DNA from: Halodesulfovibrio sp.
GTDB lineage: Bacteria > Desulfobacterota > Desulfovibrionia > Desulfovibrionales > Desulfovibrionaceae
Length of the DNA: 64,000 nucleotides
Direction: 5' to 3'
NCBI GenBank assembly: GCA_003252375.1
Contig: QKEJ01000111.1
Span: forward strand, 594 to 64,593
Numbering within the stretch: the first letter of the stretch is position 1; each line of letters begins with the position of its first letter. Of the stretch, positions 63,814-64,000 are shown piece after piece. Both the position numbers and the translations under genes were made by a program. The notes under the pieces are model-generated. The model had not been told where the DNA came from. It ran no database searches and worked only from the letters and a program-made list of their open reading frames with translations.

Positions 63814-64000
63814 ATGTATTTCAATCTGATAATCGGTGTAGTGGTGCTTGGTGTACTTGTGTTTCTGGGGCGCAGTCTCATGCGTCGCATGCGTTCTCCC
63901 AGTTCCATACTGCAGGAGGAACTGGACCAGCGCCGCAAGCGCAATGAACAGGTGCAGGAAAACCTGCAGCGGGTCCGCGAGCGCGCCAGGGAGCGCATGG
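63814..64000 (+). CDS. hypothetical membrane-anchored coiled-coil protein (runs off window end)
   Basis: GGGGAG RBS then MYFNLIIGVVVLGVLVFLGRSLMRR (TM) and a charged helix; no stop before 64000. Confidence 0.65.
   Translation, partial: MYFNLIIGVVVLGVLVFLGRSLMRRMRSPSSILQEELDQRRKRNEQVQENLQRVRERARERM

Overview
A GC-rich chromosomal segment, mostly core genome, from a sulfate-reducing deltaproteobacterium (Desulfovibrionaceae-like, judged from gene content and order). In order it holds: CBS-ACT protein, a hypothetical, lepA-lepB, two chemoreceptors flanking an intact comM/yifB, rsgA-hemC-fmdB-gmhA divergent from nadK-ARMT1-like-DUF4254-gatB, mucR, rplM-rpsI with downstream small genes, HD/CBS/HD-GYP/pyk, the dcw cluster mraZ to ftsZ (no ddl), an AraC/LysE/gap/GAF/PaaI islet, rpsB-tsf-(degT-GT2)-pyrH-frr, FAH, rnj, plsC and an EF-G2 paralog. 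I saw no tRNA, rRNA, CRISPR array, integrase or transposase. The best candidate for an undescribed system is the NAD kinase / ARMT1(DUF89)-like plus nucleoside-deoxyribosyltransferase-like fusion / DUF4254 operon facing gmhA. Other leads are a PilJ/NarX-like plus hemerythrin dual-input chemoreceptor, a near-consensus Rex/CRP-type box upstream of a dCache-PAS chemoreceptor, a structured RNA after ftsZ, an AT-rich patch inside murB-ftsQ and a probably leaderless pyk coupled to an HD-GYP gene. All calls come from reading motifs by eye; no searches were run. Many start codons were moved from the ORF track using RBS position and family N-termini.
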